Source of the DNA: a virus | Lineage: Duplodnaviria > Caudoviricetes | IMG/VR virus record: IMGVR_UViG_3300022177_000076 | Coordinates: 1-43,123 of that record | DNA length: 43,123 bases | Direction: 5' to 3' (one strand) | Shown here: piece by piece, positions 18,353 through 28,134 of the stretch | How positions within the stretch are numbered: the first letter of the stretch is position 1 | Layout: the number at the start of each line of letters is the position of its first letter | Notes under the pieces: generated by a model | Database searches by the model: none | Told to the model about the DNA's origin: nothing | Seen by the model: only the letters and a program-made list of their open reading frames with translations | Program-made: the position numbers and the translations under genes

Positions 18353-19955
18353 ATTGAGTGCTCCGCCCATTCTCAAGCCCTTGTAAGTATTCCTTTACTT
18401 TAGCAAATCGATAACTATGGATTGAATTTAGTTTTACAGGGTCGTTCGTTACCCATAAGGCTGCCCGAAGATATCTATCAACATCGTATTTTTTATAGAG
18501 AATTGCTATTCTGGGATCGAAGGTGTTAGTATGAACATCATCTGGCTTTACTACCATCCTAATTAGGTCCTCCATCAAACCTTTCATTTCTGGGTGGGTT
18601 TCATAAATATGGTTTCTTCTCTCGCCAGTAAGAACCCATTTATTGGTTTCTATATCCGACCAATAACGTTTTACTCTCTCTGGGACATCACCCAATATCA
18701 AGACATGTTTTTCTTCATTCAAGGAGTTGATCTGAATTACTTTTTGATCTAAGGTTAGGTCAGACGCATCAAACCAGCCAGGGGGATAGGACGTCTCTGC
18801 TTTCACAGGTCTGAACCCACTCACAGCCGCCCTGTCCAACGCCGCCGGTGTCTTGAACAGAGTCGTTATCTCCCCATACTTCTGCTTCAACTGGTTCAAG
18901 CGCAACTGCTCCACCTTCCGCGTCAGATCATCACCCGAAGCCGCTGCCAACACCGCACGATCTTTCGCCTTGCGCATCTCCGCTTCGATCCGCCGCTGTA
19001 ATTGGGTCGCTTCATAAGCCGTGTATTCCTTGCCCTCAAAAACCCGCTTCTCAGTAGAATTGGCAATCATCGCCTGACGTTCCGCCTCCGTATACAGAGG
19101 GCTCGATACGCCCAGGATTATCGGCATGAATGTATGACGGCAGTTCCACATTCCAAAATCACGTGGCAACTCCTCTTGTATCTGCTCAAACTCCGCCTTG
19201 CTGAATTGCCGCCCCTGAAATGGCAGATGATCCGGCGCGCAAAAATTGTGCGCGTCAATTTCCACCCCGTCCGCGCCAAATTCCTCCCCCGTTTGCCGCG
19301 CAATTTCATGCGCAATGTCCTTCACCCCGTCAATCACGTTTTGCCGCATCGCGCTGTCAAGACGGCGCGAGTAACCACTCTCATAATCAAGAACTCTGAT
19401 ACCGCTGTCCGCTGTTTGCTTCAATGCCTGCCGGAATGCGGAATTATACGATTTTTGCCCCGTTGCGACCTCAGCGATAGCCTGGTCAACAAGATTATGA
19501 TAATGCTCTTTGAAGCCTCTGTAAATTACTTTGCCATCAGCATTCATTACTCTGAATCCAATTGCCCCTGTATTACTGAGGTTGGCAAACGTACCGCGCG
19601 TGGTCGCCGCCACACCCCTCACAAAGTTGATTATCGCCGTCTGATATTCAATTGGTATCTGCTCTAAACCCTTCGCCGCGTAATACTTGTTCGCGCTCTT
19701 ATAGGCAAGTTTCGCCGCGGTAACATATATTTCCTCAACGCTGTTTGCCGACCGCCCCAGTTCGTTCAGAATCTCGCGATATAGCCTCTCCGCCTCTCTG
19801 TCAGCCCCGCTGAGCGTAAAAAGCCGGTCAAATCCCGACCCCCTGGCAGCCAGCGCGATCCTTTTACCCAGCGCCTCCAAAACGCGCGAATTGAGCCGCT
19901 CTAAACCCACTCCCGCGCCTTTGGCAATCTCCTCAAGCCATTTGAGAGTAAACAC
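18351..19955 (-). CDS. MuF-type minor capsid protein with C-terminal PBECR-like nuclease extension
   Basis: H..CAPDH...QG and NCRH motifs; C-terminal LTGERRNHIYETHPE...KPD...YKKY...SIHS. Confidence 0.85.
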   Translation of the reverse strand: MFTLKWLEEIAKGAGVGLERLNSRVLEALGKRIALAARGSGFDRLFTLSGADREAERLYREILNELGRSANSVEEIYVTAAKLAYKSANKYYAAKGLEQIPIEYQTAIINFVRGVAATTRGTFANLSNTGAIGFRVMNADGKVIYRGFKEHYHNLVDQAIAEVATGQKSYNSAFRQALKQTADSGIRVLDYESGYSRRLDSAMRQNVIDGVKDIAHEIARQTGEEFGADGVEIDAHNFCAPDHLPFQGRQFSKAEFEQIQEELPRDFGMWNCRHTFMPIILGVSSPLYTEAERQAMIANSTEKRVFEGKEYTAYEATQLQRRIEAEMRKAKDRAVLAAASGDDLTRKVEQLRLNQLKQKYGEITTLFKTPAALDRAAVSGFRPVKAETSYPPGWFDASDLTLDQKVIQINSLNEEKHVLILGDVPERVKRYWSDIETNKWVLTGERRNHIYETHPEMKGLMEDLIRMVVKPDDVHTNTFDPRIAILYKKYDVDRYLRAALWVTNDPVKLNSIHSYRFAKVKEYLQGLENGRSTQ

Positions 19956-19958
19956 ACC

Positions 19959-21446
19959 TTACTCAGTATCCGGGAGCGTCGCTTCTGTTTCGTCCGCCCC
20001 TTCTGCCTCATCCAAAAGCAAAGCCAATCCGCCCGATTCCGCCCTGATAACTTCCAAAGCCTTCAGCGCTTCGTCCGCGCTCTCCCCCATAAACCTTTCG
20101 CGATATTCCTGCTTACTCCGCAAGCCCTGGGCAACCTCTTCCTGCCAGACTTTCCGCTCAGTATACTCATCAACAATGTAACTGTCATCAGCCAGCACCC
20201 GAACCTCAACGCTGTCTTTCACACCTGACACTCTCAAAACGTTCGCCCCGATCCAGATCACCGCCTCAATGATCTGCTTCAACGCCGCCTCAACCCCGAT
20301 CATCTCACGCGCCACATTGCGCACCAGCCCCTGTTTTGAGCCGGTATACTCAGTAGCGGTTTTTACCATGCCGTCTTCATCGAGTTTGTAAAAACCCTTG
20401 CCCAGACCAATCTTGAAACTAAATATATCCATCATCCGCTGCACGCCGTTCGCGTTCTCTTCCACGCGCAATTGCGGATTGTATTCTTCCAGTAAGGATT
20501 TCTCCCCGCGCATTTTATCGCCCACATTAATAAACAACTGCGTGCCCATCATTTGCGGAGCGTGGAATTGCCCCTTATCATCAACGGCGAACAAGCTGGA
20601 ATTCATGAACACCATTTTCCGCCCAAGCTGGAAGTCAACAATAAAATTATCAAACGCCGTATCCAGCCCGATCAACACATCCTCATTGCCGTCCAGAATA
20701 CCCGCGCCAAACGGACCCGCGCTGTCATAGCGGTTGTACCCGGCCTTCCTGATTACTGAGAACCACGGAATAGCCGATCCAGTCCGGATAACCCGCGGAA
20801 CGCCAACTAATTTACCCTCTTCATTCAACGTGAAATAAGTAATTGTATATTGCCCGCCCTCAACCAAGTGCATGGACACGGACTGGAATTTTTTATCTCC
20901 CTCAGTAAAATCCGAAATAAACGCAACTTCCGAAACAATCCCATTCCGGTGCGATATCGGAATAATCTGATCCCCCGCCAAAAAGTTCAGCCCGATATCT
21001 TTACCGCTCAGTAATACGCCATTATCCAGCCGCGTCTGCGCCTCTTCCACATACGCCTCAAAGGCAGCCGTGCCCGCCCAGCGCGAAGTTACAACCAGCT
21101 CATTCGCGTTCCGCCGGAAGTCATTATCGCCCAACACGCCGCCGCGCCCGTCTTCACCCTGCAGCCAGTTTTCAGTAGGCTTATGGTCCAATTCAAACAC
21201 CGTCAGCTCGTTCAGCAGCAACGCCCCCCAATCCTCACACGCCCGCTTAAGCATGTCCGTCCGGTGCCGCTTGATGGTCGCCTGCTTATTGGCAACCAGA
21301 TCAACGCTCATGGTGTACTCATAAAACTCAGACACCTCGCCGTTCAGCCAGTCTCGCCAGTCGGCAATTTTCTCGTACATCACTGAGTAAGGAATTTCCC
21401 GCCCGAACTCTTTATTGATGATCTCAATTACTTGTTTTTGATCCAT
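19959..21446 (-). CDS. Portal protein (A118 Gp6-like)
   Basis: Follows terL; ACEDW..LL.NE, KTATE, DDS.IVD motifs. Confidence 0.9.
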   Translation of the reverse strand: MDQKQVIEIINKEFGREIPYSVMYEKIADWRDWLNGEVSEFYEYTMSVDLVANKQATIKRHRTDMLKRACEDWGALLLNELTVFELDHKPTENWLQGEDGRGGVLGDNDFRRNANELVVTSRWAGTAAFEAYVEEAQTRLDNGVLLSGKDIGLNFLAGDQIIPISHRNGIVSEVAFISDFTEGDKKFQSVSMHLVEGGQYTITYFTLNEEGKLVGVPRVIRTGSAIPWFSVIRKAGYNRYDSAGPFGAGILDGNEDVLIGLDTAFDNFIVDFQLGRKMVFMNSSLFAVDDKGQFHAPQMMGTQLFINVGDKMRGEKSLLEEYNPQLRVEENANGVQRMMDIFSFKIGLGKGFYKLDEDGMVKTATEYTGSKQGLVRNVAREMIGVEAALKQIIEAVIWIGANVLRVSGVKDSVEVRVLADDSYIVDEYTERKVWQEEVAQGLRSKQEYRERFMGESADEALKALEVIRAESGGLALLLDEAEGADETEATLPDTE

Positions 21447-21447
21447 A

Positions 21448-22764
21448 TCACCTTACTCCCAACTCGTCAATAAACGGCTCCCAGCTGTATTCCCAGGCGT
21501 CCGCAATGTCAGCCACATCGGGGTCATTATCCAGGCGCGTGTCTTCCACTTTTTTCTCGTCCCACACCTGATTTTGCAGACTGTGGATTAACATCGGGCA
21601 GCTGCTCATAATCGCCAGCCTGCCCTGATTTAATAACTTTTCCTGCGCGTAAATTCGGGTGTTGATCTGTTCCTTATCCGCCATCACCGCGCGAACAGGT
21701 AATTTTTCCCGCGCCAATGCCGCGTTGATCCCATTCACAATCGTCTCCGGGTGATCACAAAATGCGTAAGTGTGCCGCGCGCGTGGATACGCGTCCAGGG
21801 CGTCTCGCACAAACTTCACAAACTCGCTCTCGATCCGGTCCGGCGCCACCCCCTTGCTCAGTAACTTATACTCTTGCAAGGCTACAACCCCCCGCACGGA
21901 CAGCCTTATCCCGCTGCAAACAAATATCGTATGGCTTGTGCTTTCCCCAAAGTCAATCCCATACGTAATAAACCGGATATCATCAGGCGCGCGGTCAATA
22001 ATCCACTTTTCCGGCTCATCCGCGAATTGCCCGAATATCAACCCCTCAGCAATCACCCGCTGCCCCAGAATATCGCGCTTGTACCATACGGAATTTGGGT
22101 TATAAAGCGCCTTGATTTCCTCACGCCGTTTCTCAGTAATGGAATAATTGTCATCAATCGTGAAGTGCTGATATTGATACCCCTCAAGCCCCTGTGTCCT
22201 GAATAAGTCAATGTAATCAGAATAAATCTTATGATTCGGATTACACGGGTTCAAATCCCAAAGCGTCAGCGGGTCCAGCGCCGCAGCCTGCCGGCCCAAA
22301 GCCACCTTTACAAAACTGATCCGGCTGTCGGTGCTGTCAAAATGTTCATTGATTTCTGTCGCGATCCACATACCGTACGAGTTGCCCAAAATCCGCTTGT
22401 AACTGTCCGCCTTCGCTCCGCCGACAAAGATAACGACCTTTTCCCCCGTTTGCGTTTGGATGTAAAGCGCCTCATTATCGCGGTATTTTCCCCATCGGCA
22501 GCGCCCACGGAATAAAGCCTCAAGCCCAAAACCATTACAGACACCAATGTTAAGTTTTGCATTAGCCAGGGTTGAACCGCTCGCCAGATGTATCTTGTCC
22601 CGGCACACCTCAAGCCGCGCCGCCATGATGATACAGTGCGATATCGTCTTGCCGCTCCGTATTGCGCCCTCAGCAACCGACATCCGCGCTTCAAGCCCAC
22701 GCTCAATATAATCAGCATGTTTCAAAGACAACGGCGCAAAGGGAATAGACCGCTCTAAAATCAC
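21448..22764 (-). CDS. Terminase large subunit (PBSX-like)
   Basis: EGAIRSGKT Walker A, DLNP, GIDFG nuclease motif. Confidence 0.93.
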   Translation of the reverse strand: MILERSIPFAPLSLKHADYIERGLEARMSVAEGAIRSGKTISHCIIMAARLEVCRDKIHLASGSTLANAKLNIGVCNGFGLEALFRGRCRWGKYRDNEALYIQTQTGEKVVIFVGGAKADSYKRILGNSYGMWIATEINEHFDSTDSRISFVKVALGRQAAALDPLTLWDLNPCNPNHKIYSDYIDLFRTQGLEGYQYQHFTIDDNYSITEKRREEIKALYNPNSVWYKRDILGQRVIAEGLIFGQFADEPEKWIIDRAPDDIRFITYGIDFGESTSHTIFVCSGIRLSVRGVVALQEYKLLSKGVAPDRIESEFVKFVRDALDAYPRARHTYAFCDHPETIVNGINAALAREKLPVRAVMADKEQINTRIYAQEKLLNQGRLAIMSSCPMLIHSLQNQVWDEKKVEDTRLDNDPDVADIADAWEYSWEPFIDELGVR

Positions 22765-23249
22765 GCTTCCTCCCGTTCCTTTGCGGCTTGAATCATATCA
22801 ACCACCGCCGATAAATCCTCAACCCGCTCCTGGCTCGCGCCCGTGATTGAATCCATTTTCAGGAACCGCCCCAGCAGTTCCAGCGCCCGCTGTTTATCGT
22901 ACAATTCCAGAACAGGTGTTCCATGTCGCGTGTACGAGATTTTTTTCACCACATCGCCGGCTCTCTTGATGGCAGCCCAATCAAGGGTCGCTTTGCCGTT
23001 CGCGTCCACTGTCAGAAAATCGCCCAAACCTGCCCTTGCCTGGTTGGTCAGCCTGACCAACACCTCATCAGCCGTCGCGCCCATTTCTTTCAAACGCTCA
23101 TTCACCAGCTCCGCGATTTCCGGATTGTAAAGCAGCCGCCAGCCGGTTTTCTCCGGCGATTTATACCCCGCTTTCGTCGCTGCCTCCCGCGCATTCCAGC
23201 TGACCAGATAGTATTCAACAAACGCGCGCTGCCTGGGTGTTAGTGACAT
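22761..23249 (-). CDS. Terminase small subunit
   Basis: LTPRQRAFVEYY...NA..AA.KAGY, K..ALELLG motifs. Confidence 0.9.
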   Translation of the reverse strand: MSLTPRQRAFVEYYLVSWNAREAATKAGYKSPEKTGWRLLYNPEIAELVNERLKEMGATADEVLVRLTNQARAGLGDFLTVDANGKATLDWAAIKRAGDVVKKISYTRHGTPVLELYDKQRALELLGRFLKMDSITGASQERVEDLSAVVDMIQAAKEREEA

Positions 23250-23255
23250 AATCTG

Positions 23256-23654
23256 TTACTCGTCTGCCTTATGTCCATTCATCGCGTCCAGTCGCGCCGT
23301 CAGGTCCAATACCTGCTTTTCAAGCTCGCGGATACGGTCATCGCGCCGGTTGATCGCCTTCTGCATCTTCTCAACCTGCAAGGTCAACTCTTCGTTTTCT
23401 TTCTTCAGCTTTTCGATAGTGACCTCACGGGTTTCAATCTCGCATTTCAGACTGTCAACCTTAGCCTCAAGCGCGTTAACCTTCTCCCGAAGCGCCGTTA
23501 GCTCCTCAGTATAATGACTTGCCAGAACATCAACGCAATCCGCCTGAATCTTCTTGCTTTCAGCCGCAACCTTGCCCCGATTCGCCATGGCATTAATCAG
23601 CGCAACAAGGCTTCCCCCTCCAAGCCCTGCTATGACTATCGCGCCCCAGTCCAC
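23256..23654 (-). CDS. Membrane-anchored coiled-coil protein (holin/spanin-associated?)
   Basis: N-terminal hydrophobic helix followed by a long heptad coiled coil. Confidence 0.55.
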   Translation of the reverse strand: MDWGAIVIAGLGGGSLVALINAMANRGKVAAESKKIQADCVDVLASHYTEELTALREKVNALEAKVDSLKCEIETREVTIEKLKKENEELTLQVEKMQKAINRRDDRIRELEKQVLDLTARLDAMNGHKADE

Positions 23655-23656
23655 GA

Positions 23657-23932
23657 TTACCCTGCGCCAGGGTTCGCGGCGTTCCTCACCGCGTTGTACA
23701 CCCCGCTCGCGGTTATGCCCAGCGCCAGCCCGTAAATCGCCGCGCCGAACCAGCCGGCAAAGCCAGCCGGTACGCCCAGGCTGATCTGATACAGCACGCC
23801 CAGCGCCAGCCCGATGCCCATACTGAGACCAGTCAGCAACTTACCCGACGCCCCAAAGGCCTTCGTCAGCTCAACCAGCCCCATCACCACAAATATAAGT
23901 GGCACTCCCGATACAATCTCATTCCATTCCAT
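23657..23932 (-). CDS. Putative holin
   Basis: 91 aa, 2-3 hydrophobic helices, VE..K and GL.ASG.Y-like motifs, GGAGG RBS. Confidence 0.7.
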   Translation of the reverse strand: MEWNEIVSGVPLIFVVMGLVELTKAFGASGKLLTGLSMGIGLALGVLYQISLGVPAGFAGWFGAAIYGLALGITASGVYNAVRNAANPGAG

Positions 23933-23949
23933 CTTTACACCTCCAGGTG

Positions 23950-24047
23950 GTTAAAACAAACGCCCGGAACATAACCGCCATCTCATGCGACCTGTCCCGG
24001 GTGGAAACTCCGGCATTCCTGTTCAATTGTTCTTACAGTATAACACA
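23950..24047 (-). promoter_or_regulatory. Late promoter plus structured leader/terminator (copy 2)
   Basis: TGTGT-TATACT, ACAATTGAACA, hairpin ending GGGCGTTTGTTTT. Confidence 0.65.
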
Positions 24048-24072
24048 AAATATCTCAAAACTTCCATAGGAT

Positions 24073-24318
24073 TTACTTCCTCTCGCGCGCTTCCAAAACC
24101 CGCTTAATCAACCTGCGCAGCTTAATGTCCGGAACAACCCAATAAAGCGACTCCCCGCACTGTCTGCAATGCGCGTCCATCCGGTGAATAAGCACATTGC
24201 CGCACTCCAGAAAGCCAACCCCATCGATCTCAAACTCCCGCCCGATCTCCTGACCGCACTTCGGACACCTGACAGTTTCACCGCGTTCGTGCAATCGCGG
24301 CGCGGGTTCGCTCATCAT
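24073..24318 (-). CDS. Zinc-ribbon protein, possible late regulator (Com-like)
   Basis: VRCPKCG ... CRQCG; last early gene before the late promoter. Confidence 0.55.
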   Translation of the reverse strand: MMSEPAPRLHERGETVRCPKCGQEIGREFEIDGVGFLECGNVLIHRMDAHCRQCGESLYWVVPDIKLRRLIKRVLEARERK

Positions 24319-24515
24319 CCCGTTTCCTCGCTCCGCATGTCCCAAAGTTTCCACCCCCGCCGCTCACATTCCGCATCCGCAATCAGCCGGCAGCCTGCAA
24401 TCGATGGACCCTCAACGATAAAAGACTCCTGGGTATTGTCATTAATAACCCGATACCTGTACACATCCTCGCTCTGTAAAGCCGCAAGAAGCGCCTCGCC
24501 AATCGTACCCATCAT
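24315..24515 (-). CDS. Hypothetical phage protein
   Basis: Coupled ORF within the operon. Confidence 0.5.
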   Translation of the reverse strand: MMGTIGEALLAALQSEDVYRYRVINDNTQESFIVEGPSIAGCRLIADAECERRGWKLWDMRSEETG

Positions 24516-25399
24516 CCACCTCCCAACATCCTCAATGCATCCGTGTTGCTCAGATTATTCAACCTGGCAAACAGGTTCACCACATCCAAAGGCTTCGCCG
24601 TGCAGCCCGAAAAACACCCGCATAACTGCCGCTCGGTATCCACCCAGAACGACGGATTGCTATCCTCATGAAATGGACATTTTGTCAGTCCCCAGTGTTC
24701 ACCCGTAAACGAAATCTCGCCCAGATAATCCTCGATCCTGTGCGCCTTTTTCACCTCCTCGATGTTCACACCGATTTTCATATCCAAAACCTGGGCGGGC
24801 GTGCGGTCAACAACTTCCCAATCCACTTTGCGCGTAGGTATCGCCGTCCTCTCAGCCAATCTCAGCGTCTCCGCGGGGAACAACTCAGTAAGCGACTGCC
24901 AGGTGGGAAAACTACCCGCCTGGTATTCCACATAAACCGCCCCGCTCGGATGGACGGACCCGGGCAATGTCACCAACCCGCCGCGCCCTTTGATATCAAT
25001 TTTCCCGAAATGCAGATTCCGCACCTCATCCACGCACCGCGTATACACATGCAGCCCCCGCGAAGTGCGCACCTTGTATGCGTCCCGCAAGATCGCCTGG
25101 GCGACTGGGTTCGCTGTTCCAGCCCACAAGGACCAACGCATGTATTCAGTCAGATCGTCAAAGTCGATCACCACCAGATTATTTGTTCCGGTCACAACAG
25201 CGCCGTTCGATGGCACCCTGAACCACCGCAGCAATTCATCCTCAGTAGGCAGCCGATCCTTATACACGCCCCACTTGAGCCGCGGGATTTTTGTCCCCAA
25301 ATGACACGGAATTACTGAAAATCCCTGATGGACGAACCAAAAGACCGTGGGCAGGTCAACACTCTCAATTATGTCTGTTTTCATCTCAAAAAGCTCCAA
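24512..25399 (-). CDS. Bifunctional primase-polymerase with C-terminal CHC2 zinc finger
   Basis: GFSVIP..K.P, VIDFD, T.RGLHVY, PGSVHPSG; CPFH.D..PS...CGCF.GC. Confidence 0.9.
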   Translation of the reverse strand: MELFEMKTDIIESVDLPTVFWFVHQGFSVIPCHLGTKIPRLKWGVYKDRLPTEDELLRWFRVPSNGAVVTGTNNLVVIDFDDLTEYMRWSLWAGTANPVAQAILRDAYKVRTSRGLHVYTRCVDEVRNLHFGKIDIKGRGGLVTLPGSVHPSGAVYVEYQAGSFPTWQSLTELFPAETLRLAERTAIPTRKVDWEVVDRTPAQVLDMKIGVNIEEVKKAHRIEDYLGEISFTGEHWGLTKCPFHEDSNPSFWVDTERQLCGCFSGCTAKPLDVVNLFARLNNLSNTDALRMLGGG

Positions 25400-25402
25400 A
25401 AG

Positions 25403-25617
25403 TGCAGGGTTTGCAGGGTTTGAAGTGCCGATTTCATAAAGTTTCTTTAATCCTCACACGTAAAACCTTATACATTAGGGGAGTAAGCAAAAGCTGCATT
25501 TCAACGAGTAACCCTGCATAGAGGGTAATAATATAGTTAAGCGAAATGCCCTTTTAAACCCTGCAAACCCTGCAGATTTATGCATTTTTGTTACTTTTCC
25601 GCTTAAAACCTTATACA
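25403..25617. repeat. Putative replication origin with iterons
   Basis: Five AACCCTGCA units (two inverted tandem pairs plus one) and two TAAAACCTTATACA in an AT-rich gap between helicase and prim-pol. Confidence 0.7.
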
Positions 25618-25627
25618 ACATATTCTC

Positions 25628-27538
25628 TCATTTCCTGTTGAATCGGTACTCTAAAATTCTTGTACGATTTTCCTGACTTTCCATATCATAGCGATCCTTT
25701 AACACACTCCTGACGTTCATCAATCGCCTTCCAAAAGCCTTCACGCTGCGCGGCCAATCACTGTCGGGTTTGTTGCCGCCAAACAGCAGCTGCTGCGCTT
25801 CGGTGTAAAGCTCCCGTGCCGTCACCCAACGGCCAACGTTGTTTACTATCTTGAGAGCGGAAACACTCGTGTCATTGATCCACGCGTCAACCGCTTCGAT
25901 CACAATCTCACCGTCCGCGAGAAAGTTGTTTTGCGCCAGTTTGAGATCAGTAACGATGTCTTCCCAGAGATCCACCTTGTCGGCTTGTGTGCTCATCAAT
26001 CGCCCCAGCGCCTCCCAGTCCGCCATACGGAGAGTGGATGTCGAAGGCAGGTCGCCCTTTTGCAGCTCCCTGACCACGGCATTCAGGTTCGTCAGCAGAT
26101 CACCCCACCAGGCATCGCGCAGCGCGTCAATTTCAGTCAGGAACAGCGATTCGCGGCGGCGGTCGTCATCATCCACCCGGTTGAGCGGCAAAAGTAATAA
26201 ACGGTCGCTCAGATCATCCCTGCGCAGAGTGTCAGGAGTCCGCGCGGTCATCGCGATCCAGCAGCGGTATTTGAGGATGCCGAGTTCTTTCGAGGTATAC
26301 AGCTTTCGATATTCGTCCATCGCCCCGGTCGAAATCCGCGCGAGTTTATCCTGCAGCCAGCCTTCCATGGAGTCGAGATTATCCATCGCGTACAGGTGAT
26401 AATGAGACGCTGTTACCGAGAAGTCATCCGCTTTGGCTGGCACTCCGCTCACTTGCGCCCATTGGCCAAATAACAGCCTCAGTAAAAGGCGCAGCGCCAT
26501 GGACTTGCCGGACCCTTTTTCACCCAGCAAAACCATCATAGGTTTCGTCGGGCAAAGTTCGTTGAAAAACAGTGTTTGGGTCCAAACTTTGTATGCCCAC
26601 GCGTGCTTGCGTTTATTCCAATTGGGAATATCCGCGATAATCTCTGTTGCATGTTGGGGGTTGGTAAAGTCCGGCTCGTAGGGTTCCCAGAAATGCAGAT
26701 CGTCAAAAATAACCGCGCCGTCGCCATTGTCCCTGAGTGTGATCGTGTCGCCGTCCAGACAATAAATTTTGCCATCAAACCGGCTTACCCACAGAACTTT
26801 TGCATCCTGGTCAAAGTATGCCAGCCGCATCACCTGTTTGACCTCGCTGTTCAGGATCGCCGCGCTTTTGCATGCGTTACTGAGCACACTGAAGCCAGTC
26901 GAAGCCGGATTGACCCCGGTGAGCTCGTGTAGCCACGCGTGCCAGCGTTCCGTGTCAAGTTCAAATAGCCGGTATTTCTGATGCCAGAGGTAGAAAAGTT
27001 CCGCCTCCGGCGTGCGAATGAATTTGCCGTTCGCGTGCAGCCAGGTAAGCAGCAGGCTCTCCGCGTTAGCCAGACGTATGTTTGCGCTCACGCCCTGCAC
27101 AGGTGTAAGGATGTCTTCCAGCGCATCCTGCAGCTTTGGGTCCGGCGGGTTCATCAGGGGGTTTCCCAGTCGCTTGCCCCGGGCTGCCGTAAATCGTGCC
27201 CCCAGTTTCAGCCGCTGGTAATTTGTGCCCAATTTTGCCCCCTGAGTCGATACCAGGCTGCTTACTGCCAGCCCAAGAGCACCGTCCATGTGGCTGCAGA
27301 CTTCAGTGATCGCTTCCCTCACAGGGCGGTTGTTTACCACCATCTCAATCCACATTTCCCGCCATGGGGAGCAATTCAGCTTCGGCGGTAGCGGCGGTTG
27401 ATCCACCTGATACGCCATGGCAATGATCTCAAGTTCATCACGCCAGGTATCCCCGTCCAGCGTGCCATACTCAGCCAGCAGCTCTGCCTGGTCGACCGCC
27501 GGAATTTTTAGTTTCGTCAATACCGCGTCAATAATCAC
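25628..27538 (-). CDS. Primase-associated P-loop helicase/ATPase
   Basis: GEKGSGKS, AMDN, RKLYT, DL.DR, RMADW motifs; winged-helix-like C-terminus. Confidence 0.8.
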   Translation of the reverse strand: MIIDAVLTKLKIPAVDQAELLAEYGTLDGDTWRDELEIIAMAYQVDQPPLPPKLNCSPWREMWIEMVVNNRPVREAITEVCSHMDGALGLAVSSLVSTQGAKLGTNYQRLKLGARFTAARGKRLGNPLMNPPDPKLQDALEDILTPVQGVSANIRLANAESLLLTWLHANGKFIRTPEAELFYLWHQKYRLFELDTERWHAWLHELTGVNPASTGFSVLSNACKSAAILNSEVKQVMRLAYFDQDAKVLWVSRFDGKIYCLDGDTITLRDNGDGAVIFDDLHFWEPYEPDFTNPQHATEIIADIPNWNKRKHAWAYKVWTQTLFFNELCPTKPMMVLLGEKGSGKSMALRLLLRLLFGQWAQVSGVPAKADDFSVTASHYHLYAMDNLDSMEGWLQDKLARISTGAMDEYRKLYTSKELGILKYRCWIAMTARTPDTLRRDDLSDRLLLLPLNRVDDDDRRRESLFLTEIDALRDAWWGDLLTNLNAVVRELQKGDLPSTSTLRMADWEALGRLMSTQADKVDLWEDIVTDLKLAQNNFLADGEIVIEAVDAWINDTSVSALKIVNNVGRWVTARELYTEAQQLLFGGNKPDSDWPRSVKAFGRRLMNVRSVLKDRYDMESQENRTRILEYRFNRK

Positions 27539-27544
27539 AGGGCG

Positions 27545-28108
27545 CTACGCTTTCAGCAGTAAGGTCTCAATACTTTTTGCCAGCTCTTTTGCGCGGTCAG
27601 CGCTTATTGTCTCTCCACCTGTCGCGCTTGCCAGCTTACTGAGAAAGTCCCTGCCAGCCGGGCGGTCTTCCGGACCGACGTAAATGGTAGATATTTTGTT
27701 CATGTATGTTCTCGCTATGGCGGTTGCGGCTTCTCTGTCATCGGGTTCGCCGTCAGAAATAACAATGATGGAAACCCCGGGCAAGTCAGCGAGTTTGGCG
27801 AACCTCAGCGCCGCCGATAGGTTGGTTGAATTTCCAATCAAAATCGGCACACCTCCCGGGCAAAACTCCGCGCGGTCAGAAAACGCAATTACCGCCACCT
27901 TCCCCCGGCGCGCCCGTTGAATATTCGCAAGCTCCTCACAGGCAACAGCATAGCGGGTTTTCCCCCCGCGCGAGTCCTGGGTAAGCATGGATCCGGAAAC
28001 ATCAACGATGGTTACAATTTCAGCGGAAGAAAAAATCTCCGCGATTGACTTCCCTGTGCTGACCGCGACGTCCTGGATAGAGCCTTCGACGATTGCAGTT
28101 TGTTGCAT
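27545..28108 (-). CDS. vWA-domain protein
   Basis: MIDAS DVSGSM, T.L..AL, VISDGEPD. Confidence 0.9.
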   Translation of the reverse strand: MQQTAIVEGSIQDVAVSTGKSIAEIFSSAEIVTIVDVSGSMLTQDSRGGKTRYAVACEELANIQRARRGKVAVIAFSDRAEFCPGGVPILIGNSTNLSAALRFAKLADLPGVSIIVISDGEPDDREAATAIARTYMNKISTIYVGPEDRPAGRDFLSKLASATGGETISADRAKELAKSIETLLLKA

Positions 28109-28134
28109 TTTTTCCTCCTTTACTGAGTAAAAAG

